Of a DNA stretch of 64,000 bases, positions 52,270-63,060 are shown one piece after another. Under the pieces are notes generated by a model that saw nothing but the letters and a program-made list of their open reading frames with translations, was not told where the DNA came from and made no database searches. This stretch comes from Patescibacteria group bacterium (GTDB lineage: Bacteria > Patescibacteriota > Patescibacteriia > UBA9934 > GWF2-40-263). Both the position numbers and the translations under genes were made by a program. The stretch is taken from positions 612,275 to 676,274 of the forward strand of contig SCUM01000001.1 in the NCBI GenBank assembly GCA_004297215.1. Reading direction: 5' to 3'. How positions within the stretch are numbered: the stretch's first letter is position 1; every line of letters begins with the position of its first letter.

Positions 52270-52546
52270 CCCGTTATCTATTATTAGATAGATAGAGTAT
52301 GAGACTCACGAAGATAGTAAGGGGTGTGGACGGGGTGGATAGATAAGGAATAGGCTTAATATTCGCGAAAAAACAGTTGTAAGGAATGTGCATGGACCAC
52401 CCCTTTGTCTTGAGGATGATCGGAGGATGGAAGATGAGATGGAATTCCCTTTCCGATCATCCCCCTTTTCCCCACACGCGCGTCCGCAAGGCATCTCACC
52501 CTCTATCCTCCGGTTATCGACTTGTGGATAGAGGTGGATAAGCTGT
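52270..52546. other. oriC part between dnaA and dnaN (DnaA boxes and unwinding element)
   Basis: TGTGGATAG 52523, GGTGGATAA 52533, tandem degenerate boxes 52325-52342, AT-rich tract 52274-52300. Confidence 0.85.
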
Positions 52547-53944
52547 TTAAAGCGCGTACAGCCGTTGTTTGATGATTTCCAGGTCATGTTGAAGCTTTTC
52601 GTCCTCATTCAGGCAGTTCAGGATCTTGTCGTAGGCATGCATGGCCGTGGTGTGGTCTCGGCCGCCGAGTTCGGATCCGATGGCTGGATAGCTTGCCTTC
52701 ATTTCCTCACGGAGGAGATACATGATGATCTGGCGAGGAAAGGCGAGGCGTTTTTCCCGGCTCTTTCCCAAGAGCTCATCGACGGGCAGGTCGAAGTACG
52801 TGGCGACCGTGGTGAGCACCTGGCGCGCGGTGAGCGTCTTCTTGTTCGTGGTCGGGTTGAAGCTCGTGAGGATGGGGCGGACGCTTTCCACGGTCGGGGG
52901 GATGTTCTTGAACTGGTGGAAGGCGATGACCTTGTTAAGCGCTCCCTCCAACTCACGCACGTTCGTCTGAACCACGGTGGCGACGTGGTTGAGGATGTCG
53001 TGGTCGAGAGCGTAGTTTTTTTCGCGACACTTAGCCCATAAAATGGCCACACGCGTCTCAAAATCAGGACTTCCCACATCGGCCATCATCCCGCATTCGA
53101 ACCGTGAGATGAGGCGCTGTTCGAGCTCTGGGATGGCCTTCGGCGGCCGGTCCGAGGTGATCACGATCTGCTTATTGTTTTGATAAAGCTGGTTGAACGT
53201 GTGGAAAAACTCCTCTTGCGTTTCCTTCTTTCCCTTAAGGAATTGGATGTCATCGATGAGCAGGAGGTCCACGTTGCGGTAGCGAGACTTGAATTCCTTC
53301 ATCTGGTTGCCGCGCAACGCCCCGATGTAGTCGTTCGTGAACCGCTCGCAGGTGACGTAGAGGACGTTGAGGCTTGGGGTCTTGCGTACCAGGTCATTCC
53401 CGACCGCTTGGAGGAGGTGCGTCTTGCCGAGCCCGACGCCGCCATAGATGAACAATGGGTTATAGACCCCGCCCGGCTGGGCCGCGACGGCTTGGGCGGC
53501 CGCATGGGCGAGCTCGTTCTGCTTCCCTACGATGAAGGTCGCGAACGCATACTTCCCGTTCAAGGTGAATTCCCCATTTTGCGGCTGGGCATGGGACGTT
53601 TCGACCTGGAATGGCATGGCATCGGCCTGGATCGGATGGTCGAGGGCAGGTTCAGAGGCAGGGGATGAAACCAGGGCGCCAGCCGCAGCAGGAATCTTGG
53701 AGTCCACCCGATAACTTATGATCCGGACCGTGTGGTTGGTGAGATTTTGCAAGGAGTTCATGATCTCCTTGTGATATTTTTTCTCAAGCCACGCCTTCGT
53801 GAACGCGTTCGGGACCCCGATGCACACCTCGTTTCCCGCATGGGAAGCGATGAACGTGTTACGAAACCATGTCGTGAAATTCGCCTTGCTTAGCGATAAC
53901 TCAAGCTCCCCTAATACAGCATGCCACAACTCATGAGTCGTCAT
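52547..53944 (-). CDS. dnaA: Chromosomal replication initiator DnaA
   Basis: YNPLFIYGGVGLGKTHL, LLIDDIQF, QEEFFHTFN, NVRELEGAL, GGRDHTT. Confidence 0.99.
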   Translation of the reverse strand: MTTHELWHAVLGELELSLSKANFTTWFRNTFIASHAGNEVCIGVPNAFTKAWLEKKYHKEIMNSLQNLTNHTVRIISYRVDSKIPAAAGALVSSPASEPALDHPIQADAMPFQVETSHAQPQNGEFTLNGKYAFATFIVGKQNELAHAAAQAVAAQPGGVYNPLFIYGGVGLGKTHLLQAVGNDLVRKTPSLNVLYVTCERFTNDYIGALRGNQMKEFKSRYRNVDLLLIDDIQFLKGKKETQEEFFHTFNQLYQNNKQIVITSDRPPKAIPELEQRLISRFECGMMADVGSPDFETRVAILWAKCREKNYALDHDILNHVATVVQTNVRELEGALNKVIAFHQFKNIPPTVESVRPILTSFNPTTNKKTLTARQVLTTVATYFDLPVDELLGKSREKRLAFPRQIIMYLLREEMKASYPAIGSELGGRDHTTAMHAYDKILNCLNEDEKLQHDLEIIKQRLYAL

Positions 53945-53994
53945 ACCATCAACGGGACATTCCTCCTTAAATCCATTGAGTGACAGGTAGTGTA

Positions 53995-54055
53995 GTCCAG
54001 ATATCCACAACGGGGCAAGTGTGTGGATAGGGGGGGAAACAGTTGATAAGTTGGG
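53995..54055. promoter_or_regulatory. DnaA-box cluster upstream of dnaA
   Basis: ATATCCACA 54001, TGTGGATAG 54022, GTTGATAA 54042. Confidence 0.75.
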
Positions 54056-54080
54056 GATGGGGTGCTAGGATGGCCGTGCT

Positions 54081-54233
54081 ATGAAACGAACGTTCCAACC
54101 CAAGAAAGCGCGCGCCGGAAAGGTGCATGGCTTCCGCGTCCGCTCCCGTTCAAGGAGCGGCCGGGCGGTCCTTGCCCGCCGCCGCGCGGTCGGACGCAAG
54201 CGTGTGTCCGTGCAGAGGAAAAAGCTCAAATGA
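54081..54233 (+). CDS. rpmH: 50S ribosomal protein L34
   Basis: [21 protein letters not shown]...[16 protein letters not shown]; divergent from dnaA; absent from ORF track. Confidence 0.96.
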   Translation: MKRTFQPKKARAGKVHGFRVRSRSRSGRAVLARRRAVGRKRVSVQRKKLK

Positions 54234-54291
54234 TCCTGCCTAAGGCAGGATCATCCTGAGCCCCGACATTACGTCGGGACGAAAGGATCCT

Positions 54292-54630
54292 ATGTTGCCC
54301 GCGCAGAACCGCTTGCGGCATGAGAAGGATATCAAAGCACTCTTCTCCGAAGGGAAGGGTGTTTTTGATGCCCTCTGCGGATTGAAGTATCGCAAGAACG
54401 GGCTTGGGTCCTCTCGTTTCGCGGTGGTGGTCGGGACAAAAGTCTCGAAGAACGCCGTGGATCGCAATCGGGTGCGACGACGCATCCGTTCCGTGCTGGA
54501 AGCGCGCCTCGCTCTCATAAAGCCGGGATTTGACGTCGCCTTCCTTACCCGCCCGGGGGTCACGAAGAAGGATTTTGCGGCCATTGAGGCAGCGGTCGTG
54601 AGTTCACTCAAGCGCGCCAAGCTTTTGTGA
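54292..54630 (+). CDS. rnpA: RNase P protein component
   Basis: RFAVVVGTKVSKNAVDRNRVRRR. Confidence 0.96.
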   Translation: MLPAQNRLRHEKDIKALFSEGKGVFDALCGLKYRKNGLGSSRFAVVVGTKVSKNAVDRNRVRRRIRSVLEARLALIKPGFDVAFLTRPGVTKKDFAAIEAAVVSSLKRAKLL

Positions 54631-54863
54631 GGATGATCGCCTTGGGAGCCATACGCCTGTACCAAATGACCCTCTCTCCGGATCATGGGCCGTTGCGTTT
54701 CCTCCATCCGAACGGATTTTGTCGGTTTCATCCTACGTGCTCGAGCTATGCGTTTGAGGCGGTCGAACGATTTGGTACAGGAAAGGGCCTGTGGTTGGCC
54801 ATGAAACGCCTCTTACGCTGCCACCCTTGGTCACCTGGAGGCATCGACGAGGTTCCGAAATAA
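54627..54863 (+). CDS. yidD: Membrane protein insertion efficiency factor YidD
   Basis: YQ..LSP, CRFHPTCSSY, RLLRCHPW..GG.D. Confidence 0.95.
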   Translation: MRMIALGAIRLYQMTLSPDHGPLRFLHPNGFCRFHPTCSSYAFEAVERFGTGKGLWLAMKRLLRCHPWSPGGIDEVPK

Positions 54864-54869
54864 AACGGC

Positions 54870-55118
54870 CTAGACAGGCCGATTTTTATAAACTTCATCA
54901 GGGATTTCCACCTGTTTTAGCCGCGTTCCGGCCCCTCGGACGAGGTTCAAGCGGGACGGAGCTACCCCGAACTCGTCCGCGAGCAGCCGGAGGAGCGCTT
55001 CATTGGCTTTTCCCTTCTCTGGTGGGGCGTTCAGGTCGACTTTTATGGTCGTGTTGTCGAGCCATGACACAATTTTTGTTTCCCGAGCGTTCGGCCGGGC
55101 GTGAACTGTGAGGATCAC
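54870..55118 (-). CDS. DUF167/YggU family protein
   Basis: V.ARPNA, APPEKGKANEAL, G...R.K. Confidence 0.9.
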   Translation of the reverse strand: MILTVHARPNARETKIVSWLDNTTIKVDLNAPPEKGKANEALLRLLADEFGVAPSRLNLVRGAGTRLKQVEIPDEVYKNRPV

Positions 55119-55909
55119 ATGGCTTCCTCCCTCATTTTTCGGATAGTTTCTACCACTTTACGGTGGATGACCCTGTTGCTGGCCACCAAATCGTCCTTCG
55201 TGAGGTCCCAGGGGGTTCCGTCGTAGGTGGTAACCCTTCCCCCGGCCTCTTTCACTAGCAGGACTCCTGCGGCCGTATCCCAAGGCTTGTCCCCCGTGAG
55301 AATGACCGCGTCCGCACGCCCGGCCGCGACGGAGGTGAGCATGATGGTGGCCGACCCTAATCGCCGGAAGTACGGCATGGACAGCTCAAGCGCAGTGACG
55401 ATGTTGCGGTGGACCGCCCGGTCGCGGTTTCGATACCCACGTCCGGCCAGGAACATGGCGCCGTGGGCCACGCTTCGGCGAGTCACGCGGATTCGTTTGC
55501 CGTTCAGGAACGCCCCTTTCCCCCGCTCTGCCGTGAACATCTCATCGTGGATAGGGTCGTAAATCACTGAAAGTTCCGTCACCCGGTCCTTCACGCGGGC
55601 GATGGCAACGGCAAACAGCGGGATGCCGTTGATGTAGTTCGTGGTCCCGTCGAGCGGGTCGATGATCCAGGTGCGGCCGTCCCCGATCTCCATCGGGGCC
55701 CGGTCGGACTCCTCGCTCAAAAGGTGGTCGTCTGGGAACGCCTTGGCAAGACGGCGCAGGATGAGGCGGTTGCTGGCAAGATCCACTTCGGACACCGGCC
55801 CGCCCTTTTCCTTGAACCGGACCCGGTTATCCGGCCTCAAAAAGTGTCGTTTGAGGATCGCACCGGCGTCCCTGGCCGTCTTTACCGCGATGCGAAGCTC
55901 GGGAGACAT
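55115..55909 (-). CDS. suhB: Inositol monophosphatase family (SuhB-like)
   Basis: SEE, WIIDPLDGTTNY, RRLGSA, PWDTAAG. Confidence 0.9.
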   Translation of the reverse strand: MSPELRIAVKTARDAGAILKRHFLRPDNRVRFKEKGGPVSEVDLASNRLILRRLAKAFPDDHLLSEESDRAPMEIGDGRTWIIDPLDGTTNYINGIPLFAVAIARVKDRVTELSVIYDPIHDEMFTAERGKGAFLNGKRIRVTRRSVAHGAMFLAGRGYRNRDRAVHRNIVTALELSMPYFRRLGSATIMLTSVAAGRADAVILTGDKPWDTAAGVLLVKEAGGRVTTYDGTPWDLTKDDLVASNRVIHRKVVETIRKMREEAM

Positions 55910-55921
55910 AGCCCTCGTACA

Positions 55922-56758
55922 TTACGCCTTGCGGAAACCCTTGAGAAGCCGCAGGTCTTCGCCCACCCCGTCGTCCCACGGGGTCTCGAGGATCAGGTCG
56001 AGATGTTGGATCTTGGGGTGCGAGACAATCGCCTGGAACCCTTTGAGTCCGATCTTTCCTTTTCCGAGGTGCTCGTGGCGGTCCTTGTGGGCCTCGAAAT
56101 CGACCAGGGAGTCGTTGCAATGGGACATCACGAGCCGGTCTAATCCGACCAATTCGTCGAATTGGTCGAATGTGTGGCGAACGGCCTTGGCCGTTCGCAG
56201 GTCGTACCCCGAGGCGAACGCATGCTGCGTGTCGAAGCAGACGCCAATTTCCTTCCCACGCCTAGCCCCGTCCAGAAACGCCGCAATCTCTTCAAACGTG
56301 TCCCCCATCACCATTCCGGCGCCCGCGGAGATTTCGATAAGCAGCTGACAGTCGCCTTCATATCTGTCCATGACGCGATCGATTCCCTCGATGACCATCT
56401 CCAAGCCCTTCTCCTGTCCCACGTCTTTCGCCGAACCGGGATGGAACATCACGGCGCGACACCCAAGCGCGCTGCCACGTTCAAGTTCGTCGCGAATGAT
56501 GCCAACCGATGAGTGTCGGATGCGAGGTTCGGACGAGGCGAGGTTGATGAAGTATGGAGCATGGATGTAAGCCGCCTTCTGCCCATGCTCCTTCATCGCG
56601 TCCTGAAACTTCGCCGAGACCTCCGGCGTGATTGGTGCCGGCTTCCCACCTTGGGGCGGACGGGAAAACATCTGGAACACCTCGCAGCCGAGTTCGGCGG
56701 CGTTCTTTGGTCCGTTCCAAAGGCCGCCTGCTGCGGAAACGTGAGCGCCGAATTTCAT
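55922..56758 (-). CDS. nfo: Endonuclease IV
   Basis: GAHVS, HAPYFINLAS, HPGS, CFDTQH, HCNDS, DRHEH, ILETP. Confidence 0.96.
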   Translation of the reverse strand: MKFGAHVSAAGGLWNGPKNAAELGCEVFQMFSRPPQGGKPAPITPEVSAKFQDAMKEHGQKAAYIHAPYFINLASSEPRIRHSSVGIIRDELERGSALGCRAVMFHPGSAKDVGQEKGLEMVIEGIDRVMDRYEGDCQLLIEISAGAGMVMGDTFEEIAAFLDGARRGKEIGVCFDTQHAFASGYDLRTAKAVRHTFDQFDELVGLDRLVMSHCNDSLVDFEAHKDRHEHLGKGKIGLKGFQAIVSHPKIQHLDLILETPWDDGVGEDLRLLKGFRKA

Positions 56759-56830
56759 AGATTTCAATCCTAACACAACATTTGTTCAAGAAAAGAAAAA
56801 AGGGTGACACCGTCACCCCTTCGATAGTCA

Positions 56831-57820
56831 TCATCCGAGCACACCTGCGAGTCGCCCCTTCCAGCTCTTGGTATGAAAAATACGTGCGACAGACTTGTTT
56901 CGAGCCTCCTTCCACCCAATGCGCCCATTGGCCCAGTCGTGTGCCGTATCCTTGTTTTCCTCGTCAAACACATACAGCGCATGGCCGTAGTTCGGCGAAT
57001 CAACCACAAGGATGCGCTTGCTGTTCTTCAAGCCGGTGAACATGAGTCTTTCGCCGATTCCGACGAAAATGTCCTGTGTCTCGTCGAAGGTCCCTGGATC
57101 GAAACACTGTCCGTCCACGATGCGTCGGATGCGTTTCTGATTGCGCTCAAGCGCCATCTGACGCGCAAGTCGCATTCGGATCAGTTCGATCGTGTTCACA
57201 CCGTCGAAATAACATCCGACGATGCTGTCGAGCAGCAGCGACCAGTTCCGCTCGTGAATCGGCTGGACGAACCGGATTGCCTTGTGGCGCGACCATTCGT
57301 ACGGACGTTCTCGCGGGAAGGTGATATCCCCATTGGTGACATCCCCATTTTCCAGACGGAAGAAGGTATATTCGATTTCCGTCGCCATAATCTTCTCCAC
57401 CTCCGCGACGCATAGGCTGATGAACGGATAAGGAAGGAATGTTCCTTCACGCATCCAGCCATCCTTGATTCGTTCCCAACCATCACGCCCATGATTGTCC
57501 CCGAATTCTCGATCGTAACACCTCCATTCACCGTACGACTCTGAGTCTACGTATCCATTCCTCCACCATTTTATGTATGGCAGGGGTTCGGAAATCATCC
57601 AAAACTCGCGACCGTCATTCAAGGTTCCTTCGATTTGTTCAATCGATGTCGGATACAGGTGTCCCTCAACCGCATGGCCAATGATTTTTCCATCGACCTC
57701 AAGACGGTTGATGTGCCGTCTTCCCTTAACGGCCATCACGGTTCTGACAGGCATTTCCCTCCGACTAAGCGTAGTGATGGCGACATCCCGGACAGGCCGA
57801 ATCTTGACTAGGTGGCGCAT
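56831..57820 (-). CDS. Hypothetical protein in lower-GC segment
   Basis: 329-aa ORF, GGAGG RBS, TTGACA-17-TAGCAT promoter. Confidence 0.7.
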   Translation of the reverse strand: MRHLVKIRPVRDVAITTLSRREMPVRTVMAVKGRRHINRLEVDGKIIGHAVEGHLYPTSIEQIEGTLNDGREFWMISEPLPYIKWWRNGYVDSESYGEWRCYDREFGDNHGRDGWERIKDGWMREGTFLPYPFISLCVAEVEKIMATEIEYTFFRLENGDVTNGDITFPRERPYEWSRHKAIRFVQPIHERNWSLLLDSIVGCYFDGVNTIELIRMRLARQMALERNQKRIRRIVDGQCFDPGTFDETQDIFVGIGERLMFTGLKNSKRILVVDSPNYGHALYVFDEENKDTAHDWANGRIGWKEARNKSVARIFHTKSWKGRLAGVLG

Positions 57821-57995
57821 CTCTTCCTCCGATTGATGTACGGAAAGAATTCCGTTGGTGCGACCGAAGCGATTTTCAATGATCCGGTAAGGATGCTACA
57901 GGAAAATTACGATTTTGTCAATAGATTTACTGTCAGTTTATTATTACAAACTCTCTTACAAAATCAGTAGAATATGCTATACTGTCATTATAGAT

Positions 57996-58775
57996 ATGAC
58001 AGATAATGTTTTTCGAAAGACAAAAGGCAGCGAAAACCTTCTCGTTTCGAGACTGGAGGAGTTTGGGTTGAATGCCGCCGAAGCGCAGGTGTACGTCTAT
58101 TTATTGGAACGAGGATCGGAGGCCGGAGGGTCGCACATAGCCCAGGCGACCGATCTGCACCGGCAATACGTATACCTAGCTCTCCCCCGACTCATCGAGC
58201 TTGGGCTCATCGAGGAGGTTCCACGCGGAAAGCAACACGCATACAAGGCCCGCTCGCCGATCGAGATTGAGAAGATCGGGCGCAAGCGCGCGTTGCTCGC
58301 TGGCGACCTCGCGCGGGATCTAAATGCCGTGAGTGCTATCGGGAATGAGCAGGATTTCGAGGTGGTACAAGGCACTCGTGCCATCCAGGATTTTGAGCTC
58401 CAATTTGTAGGGCGCGCAAACGAGGGTGAACAGGAGTGCATCATCGGCGGCGCCTCGCAAGCGTTCGGAGAGCTCATGCGCGACCAACTCGAGGCATATC
58501 TGGAGCTCAAAAAGGAAAAGAAGATCGTAGTGAAATATATAGGGACCGAAGACGAACGACCGTCGTATCAGAAATACATCGGGAAGTTCGCGCATCAGCA
58601 ATATCGCTTCCTGCCAAAGCTTCCGAAAGGAAACGCGCACATGGTTGTGAGAAAAGACAGCGTGGCCTTTTATAGCTTTCTTCAGCCGCCGCTCGTGTAC
58701 GTCGTGAAATCTCCCGTCGTCGCGGCAAACTACAAGCAATTCTTCCTCATGCTTTGGGAAATGGCGACGGTTTGA
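57996..58775 (+). CDS. TrmB-family transcriptional regulator
   Basis: LEEFGL..AEAQVY..LL, HTH, L.RL.ELGLI. Confidence 0.85.
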   Translation: MTDNVFRKTKGSENLLVSRLEEFGLNAAEAQVYVYLLERGSEAGGSHIAQATDLHRQYVYLALPRLIELGLIEEVPRGKQHAYKARSPIEIEKIGRKRALLAGDLARDLNAVSAIGNEQDFEVVQGTRAIQDFELQFVGRANEGEQECIIGGASQAFGELMRDQLEAYLELKKEKKIVVKYIGTEDERPSYQKYIGKFAHQQYRFLPKLPKGNAHMVVRKDSVAFYSFLQPPLVYVVKSPVVAANYKQFFLMLWEMATV

Positions 58776-58809
58776 AACGGAAAAGCGGGGCCATTTGCCC
58801 CGCTTTTTG

Positions 58810-60099
58810 TTATTTCACCATTTCACTCCTTAGCTTATCGATCACCTTCCGATTTCGCAGTACGACCGTGACGTACTCCCGATACTGCGGCGAGTACAGG
58901 CGCTTCTTGGCCTCGGGATCCTCGTAATTTTCGGCCACCTTGTCGAGTTCTTCGTCCACTTCCTTGTCCTCGACGGTGATTTTCTCAAGCTTCGCGATCT
59001 CCTTCACGATGATGGCCACCTTCACGCGCGTGAGCGCCTGCGCGGCGAACTCGAGCTTGAGCTGCGCGATGGATTTCTTGATGGACGACAGGTACTTGTC
59101 GAAGTCGAGTCCCTGCGCGGTGACGTTGTGCTCGAGCTCCGAGAGCATCTTCATGATTTCCTCGTTCACGAGCAGGTCCGGGATGTCGTCGAAGCGGGAA
59201 TCCTTGGCGATCAGCCCAAACATCTCACGCTCCACACGGCGTCGCTCCTCCTCCGCGCGCTCAGCCACGAGGTTCTCCTTGATGCGTCCGCGCAGCGTGG
59301 CAACGTCGGCCTGTCCCATGGACTTGGCGAACGCGTCGTCGATGGGCGGCGCCTCGAGATGATAGAGCTCGTTGAGCGTCACCTCGAAGTCCACGTCGGT
59401 GCCGGCAAGCATCTTGGACGCATGCCCCTCCGGGAACTTGAGGGTGAACGATTTCTTTTCGCCCTCCTTCATCCCCAGCACATGCTCCTTGAAGCCCGGA
59501 ATGTAATACTCCTCGCCCATGTAAACCGCGTGATTGGGGGACTGCCCGCCCTCGACGGGGATGCCCGCCTTCTTCATGTCCATGGCCATCACCGCCTTGT
59601 CCTTGTCCGAAACGGCCGTACCGCCCGGAGCACGGACCTCCCTGGTCTGCATGCGCGTAAGGTCTTTCAGTACCAGGTCGACCTCCTTGTCCTCGACCGG
59701 TTTCGTCTGCGACTTCACCGACATCTTGTGCCAGTCCGCGAGCTTGGTCACGGCCGGCATCTTCGCGACCTCGGCGGTATATACGAGGTCATTGTCCGGG
59801 GCGAGCTTCACCACGTCGATCTTGGGCGAACCCACGGTCTCGAGGTCGTTCTTCGCGAACGCCTCGAACAGCGTGGCACGGACGACGGGCTCGAGCGCGG
59901 CCTCGTAAATCTTCATTTCCCCGACGCGGTTTTTCACCAGGTCGTACGACGCGTGTCCCGGGCGGAACCCGGGGATGGAGGTTTCCTCCGAAATCGCGGA
60001 AGCCGCGGTTTCAAGGTAGGATTTCAACTCCTCTTTCGGGACGGTGACCGTGATCTTTACCGCGTTTTTCGCGAGATTTTCGACCTGGATGGAAGGCAT
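58810..60099 (-). CDS. tig: Trigger factor
   Basis: IPGFRPGHA, YIPGFKEHVLGMKEGE, F..FP. Confidence 0.95.
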   Translation of the reverse strand: MPSIQVENLAKNAVKITVTVPKEELKSYLETAASAISEETSIPGFRPGHASYDLVKNRVGEMKIYEAALEPVVRATLFEAFAKNDLETVGSPKIDVVKLAPDNDLVYTAEVAKMPAVTKLADWHKMSVKSQTKPVEDKEVDLVLKDLTRMQTREVRAPGGTAVSDKDKAVMAMDMKKAGIPVEGGQSPNHAVYMGEEYYIPGFKEHVLGMKEGEKKSFTLKFPEGHASKMLAGTDVDFEVTLNELYHLEAPPIDDAFAKSMGQADVATLRGRIKENLVAERAEEERRRVEREMFGLIAKDSRFDDIPDLLVNEEIMKMLSELEHNVTAQGLDFDKYLSSIKKSIAQLKLEFAAQALTRVKVAIIVKEIAKLEKITVEDKEVDEELDKVAENYEDPEAKKRLYSPQYREYVTVVLRNRKVIDKLRSEMVK

Positions 60100-60182
60100 A
60101 ATGGGCCGAGTTTAGGCCATAAACTCCCCCGCGTCAACGGGGAAACCAAACCCCGCCCTTTTGGGGCGGGGTTATTGGATGG

Positions 60183-62180
60183 TTATGCGATGAACGCGAC
60201 GATGAGCAGCGCCACGATGTTCAGGATCTTGATCATCGGGTTGATGGCAGGGCCAGCCGTATCCTTGTACGGGTCGCCCACGGTGTCGCCGGTGACGGCC
60301 GCCTTGTGCGTGTCGCTTCCCTTGCCGCCGTAGTTGCCAGCCTCGATGAACTTCTTGGCGTTGTCCCACGCGCCGCCGCCGGTGGTCATTGAGATGGCCA
60401 CGAACAATCCGGTGACGATGGAACCGATGAGGAGCCCTCCGAGCGCCTCCTTGCCAAGGCCGAAACCGACGACGATCGGGGCGAACACGGCGAGGAGCGA
60501 TGGGAGAACCATCTTGCGGATGGCCTCCTGGGTGACGATGTCGACCGCCTTGGCGTAATCCGGCTTCCCAGTGCCCTCCATGATGCCAGGAATTTCGCGG
60601 AACTGGCGACGCACCTCGGCCACGACCGAACCGGCCGCCTGGCCCACGGCTTCCATGGCCATGGCGCCGAAAAGATAGGTCACGAGGCCGCCCAGGAACA
60701 ATCCGGCGATCACGTCCGGGTCTGCCAGGCTGAAGATGACATCGCCGCCCTTTGCCTCGAGCGCGTGCACGAAATCGCCGAAGAGCACGAGGGTGGCAAG
60801 GCCGGCCGAGCCGATGGCATAGGCCTTGGTGACGGCCTTGGTGGTGTTGCCGACCGCGTCGAGGGGATCCGTGACGTCACGGACCTCCTTGGGGAGATCC
60901 GCCATCTCGGCGATGCCGCCGGCGTTGTCCGTGATGGGACCATACGCGTCGATTGCCACCACGATGCCCGTGAGCGAGAGCATGGCCATGGCCGCGATCG
61001 CGACGCCGTACAAGCCAGCCTGCTGGAAGGCGATGAGGATGCCGAGCACGATGGTGATTACCGGGAGCGCGGTGGACTTCATGGAGAGGGCGAGGCCGGC
61101 GATGATGTTGGTGCCATGGCCGGATTGGCTCGCCTCCGCGAGCTTCTTCACCGGGCCATACTGGGTGCCGGTGTAGTACTCGGTGATCATGATCATGAGG
61201 CCGGTCACCACGAGGCCCAGCAGGGCGCAGAGGTATACCGCCTTCACGTCGAGTCCCGCGACGCCCCCGAGCAGGTTCTTGGTGAGCGGATAGAAGCCGA
61301 TGGCGGCCAGGATGCCGGATGCCGCGAGGCCCTTATAGAGCGCCCCCATGATGTTCTTCTTGTTGGCGCCGAGCTTCACGAAGAAGGTGCCCACGACCGA
61401 GGCGATGATCGCGACGCCGCCGAGCGCGAGCGGATAGAGGGTGGCGTTCAGGTCGTTCGGGAACAGGAGGTGACCGAGCACCATGGTGGCCACGGTGGTC
61501 ACCGCATAGGTCTCGAACAGGTCCGCGGCCATGCCGGCGCAGTCCCCCACGTTATCCCCCACGTTGTCGGCGATCACGGCCGGATTGCGTGGGTCATCCT
61601 CGGGGATGCCCGCCTCGGTCTTACCAACGAGGTCCGCGCCCACGTCGGCGGCCTTCGTGAAGATGCCGCCGCCCAGCCTCGCGAACACGCTGATGAGCGA
61701 GCCGCCGAATCCCAGGCCGATGAGCGCGTCAACGTCCTGCGTGACAGCATAGAAGCCGGCGACGCCAAGGAGCGCGAGGCCTACCACGAACAAGCCCGTC
61801 ACCGCGCCGCCCTTGAAGGCCATGTCGAGCGCCTTTTCAAGGCCACCCTTCGCCGCCTCAGTGGTGCGCACGTTCGCACGCACGGATACGGACATGCCGA
61901 TGTAGCCGGCGACTCCGGAGAGGATGGCGCCCACGGCGAACCCGGCGGCCATGGTCCAGCCAAGCGCGAGGCCAAGCACCACGAAGACGACGGCGCCGAT
62001 CATCGCGATCGTCTTGTACTGGCGCGCCATGTACGCGTTCGCCCCTTCCTGGATGGCAAGCGCGATCCCCTTCATTTTCCCGTCTCCGGACGGCTGCTTG
62101 AGAATCCAGTTGATGAGAAAGCCTCCATAAGCCAGGGCGACCACGGAGGCGCCGATGGCGTACTGAATGATGTCATTCAT
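60183..62180 (-). CDS. hppA: Membrane-bound pyrophosphatase, K+-independent H+-PPase type
   Basis: [39 protein letters not shown] (Lys determinant), GDTVGDP. Confidence 0.95.
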   Translation of the reverse strand: MNDIIQYAIGASVVALAYGGFLINWILKQPSGDGKMKGIALAIQEGANAYMARQYKTIAMIGAVVFVVLGLALGWTMAAGFAVGAILSGVAGYIGMSVSVRANVRTTEAAKGGLEKALDMAFKGGAVTGLFVVGLALLGVAGFYAVTQDVDALIGLGFGGSLISVFARLGGGIFTKAADVGADLVGKTEAGIPEDDPRNPAVIADNVGDNVGDCAGMAADLFETYAVTTVATMVLGHLLFPNDLNATLYPLALGGVAIIASVVGTFFVKLGANKKNIMGALYKGLAASGILAAIGFYPLTKNLLGGVAGLDVKAVYLCALLGLVVTGLMIMITEYYTGTQYGPVKKLAEASQSGHGTNIIAGLALSMKSTALPVITIVLGILIAFQQAGLYGVAIAAMAMLSLTGIVVAIDAYGPITDNAGGIAEMADLPKEVRDVTDPLDAVGNTTKAVTKAYAIGSAGLATLVLFGDFVHALEAKGGDVIFSLADPDVIAGLFLGGLVTYLFGAMAMEAVGQAAGSVVAEVRRQFREIPGIMEGTGKPDYAKAVDIVTQEAIRKMVLPSLLAVFAPIVVGFGLGKEALGGLLIGSIVTGLFVAISMTTGGGAWDNAKKFIEAGNYGGKGSDTHKAAVTGDTVGDPYKDTAGPAINPMIKILNIVALLIVAFIA

Positions 62181-62257
62181 AGATGGGCCTGGATGGGCCA
62201 AAAAGTACCTAAGACGGTGTTATACTAGGAATGAAACCGCATATTGTCAAAGAGCCC

Positions 62258-62875
62258 ATGTCCCCTTCGGCCCCGACCTTCCTCGTCGAACGCGAGCTCC
62301 GGAAGCGCGGTTTTTGCGCCATCGCCGGGGTGGACGAGGCCGGAACCGGGGCGTTGGCAGGGCCGGTCGTCGCGGGGGCGGTCATCTTTCCGTTCGACTC
62401 GAGGCTCGGGAAGGTGCGCGACAGCAAGCTCATTCAGGAAGGGGCCCGGGAGGAGCTGTACGAGCTCGTCATCGCGCGTTCGTCGGCGCATGCCGTGGGC
62501 ATCGCGGAGGTCGAGGAAATAGCATCGGTCGGGTTGCGACGCGCCACTTTGAACGCGATGCGTCGAGCCGTGGAAGCGATCGCCGCCGTCGATTACGTGC
62601 TCGTGGACGCCTGGACCATTCCCGGCATCACGATTCCCCAACACGGCATCATCCGCGGGGACCGTACCGTAAAGTCCATCGCCGCGGCGTCCATCATCGC
62701 CAAGGTGACGCGCGACCGGCTCATGCGCGCGCTCGCGCAGGAGCATCCCGCGTACGGATTCGACATCCATAAGGGGTATGCAACGGCCGAGCACCGCCTG
62801 GCGATAAGAAAAGAGGGCCCGTGCCCCGTCCATCGGCTCTCGTATAGGTCGTTCCTGCCCATGGATACTAAATAA
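62258..62875 (+). CDS. rnhB: Ribonuclease HII
   Basis: [39 protein letters not shown]. Confidence 0.96.
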   Translation: MSPSAPTFLVERELRKRGFCAIAGVDEAGTGALAGPVVAGAVIFPFDSRLGKVRDSKLIQEGAREELYELVIARSSAHAVGIAEVEEIASVGLRRATLNAMRRAVEAIAAVDYVLVDAWTIPGITIPQHGIIRGDRTVKSIAAASIIAKVTRDRLMRALAQEHPAYGFDIHKGYATAEHRLAIRKEGPCPVHRLSYRSFLPMDTK

Positions 62876-63060
62876 GGCTAAGATGAGCAGTTATTTCCCT
62901 TTTTTCCATTGACAGATGAGGCCGTGATTGCTACCATTCCGTCACTTGAAAATGAGGTAACCCTCCCTTTATCAAGCTCGCGATCAAACAACTGTTCGTC
63001 CGCGCGCTGCTTACGCTCCTGTACGGGCTGATCTGGTTTCGGAGGGCCGTCGTCCCGTTC

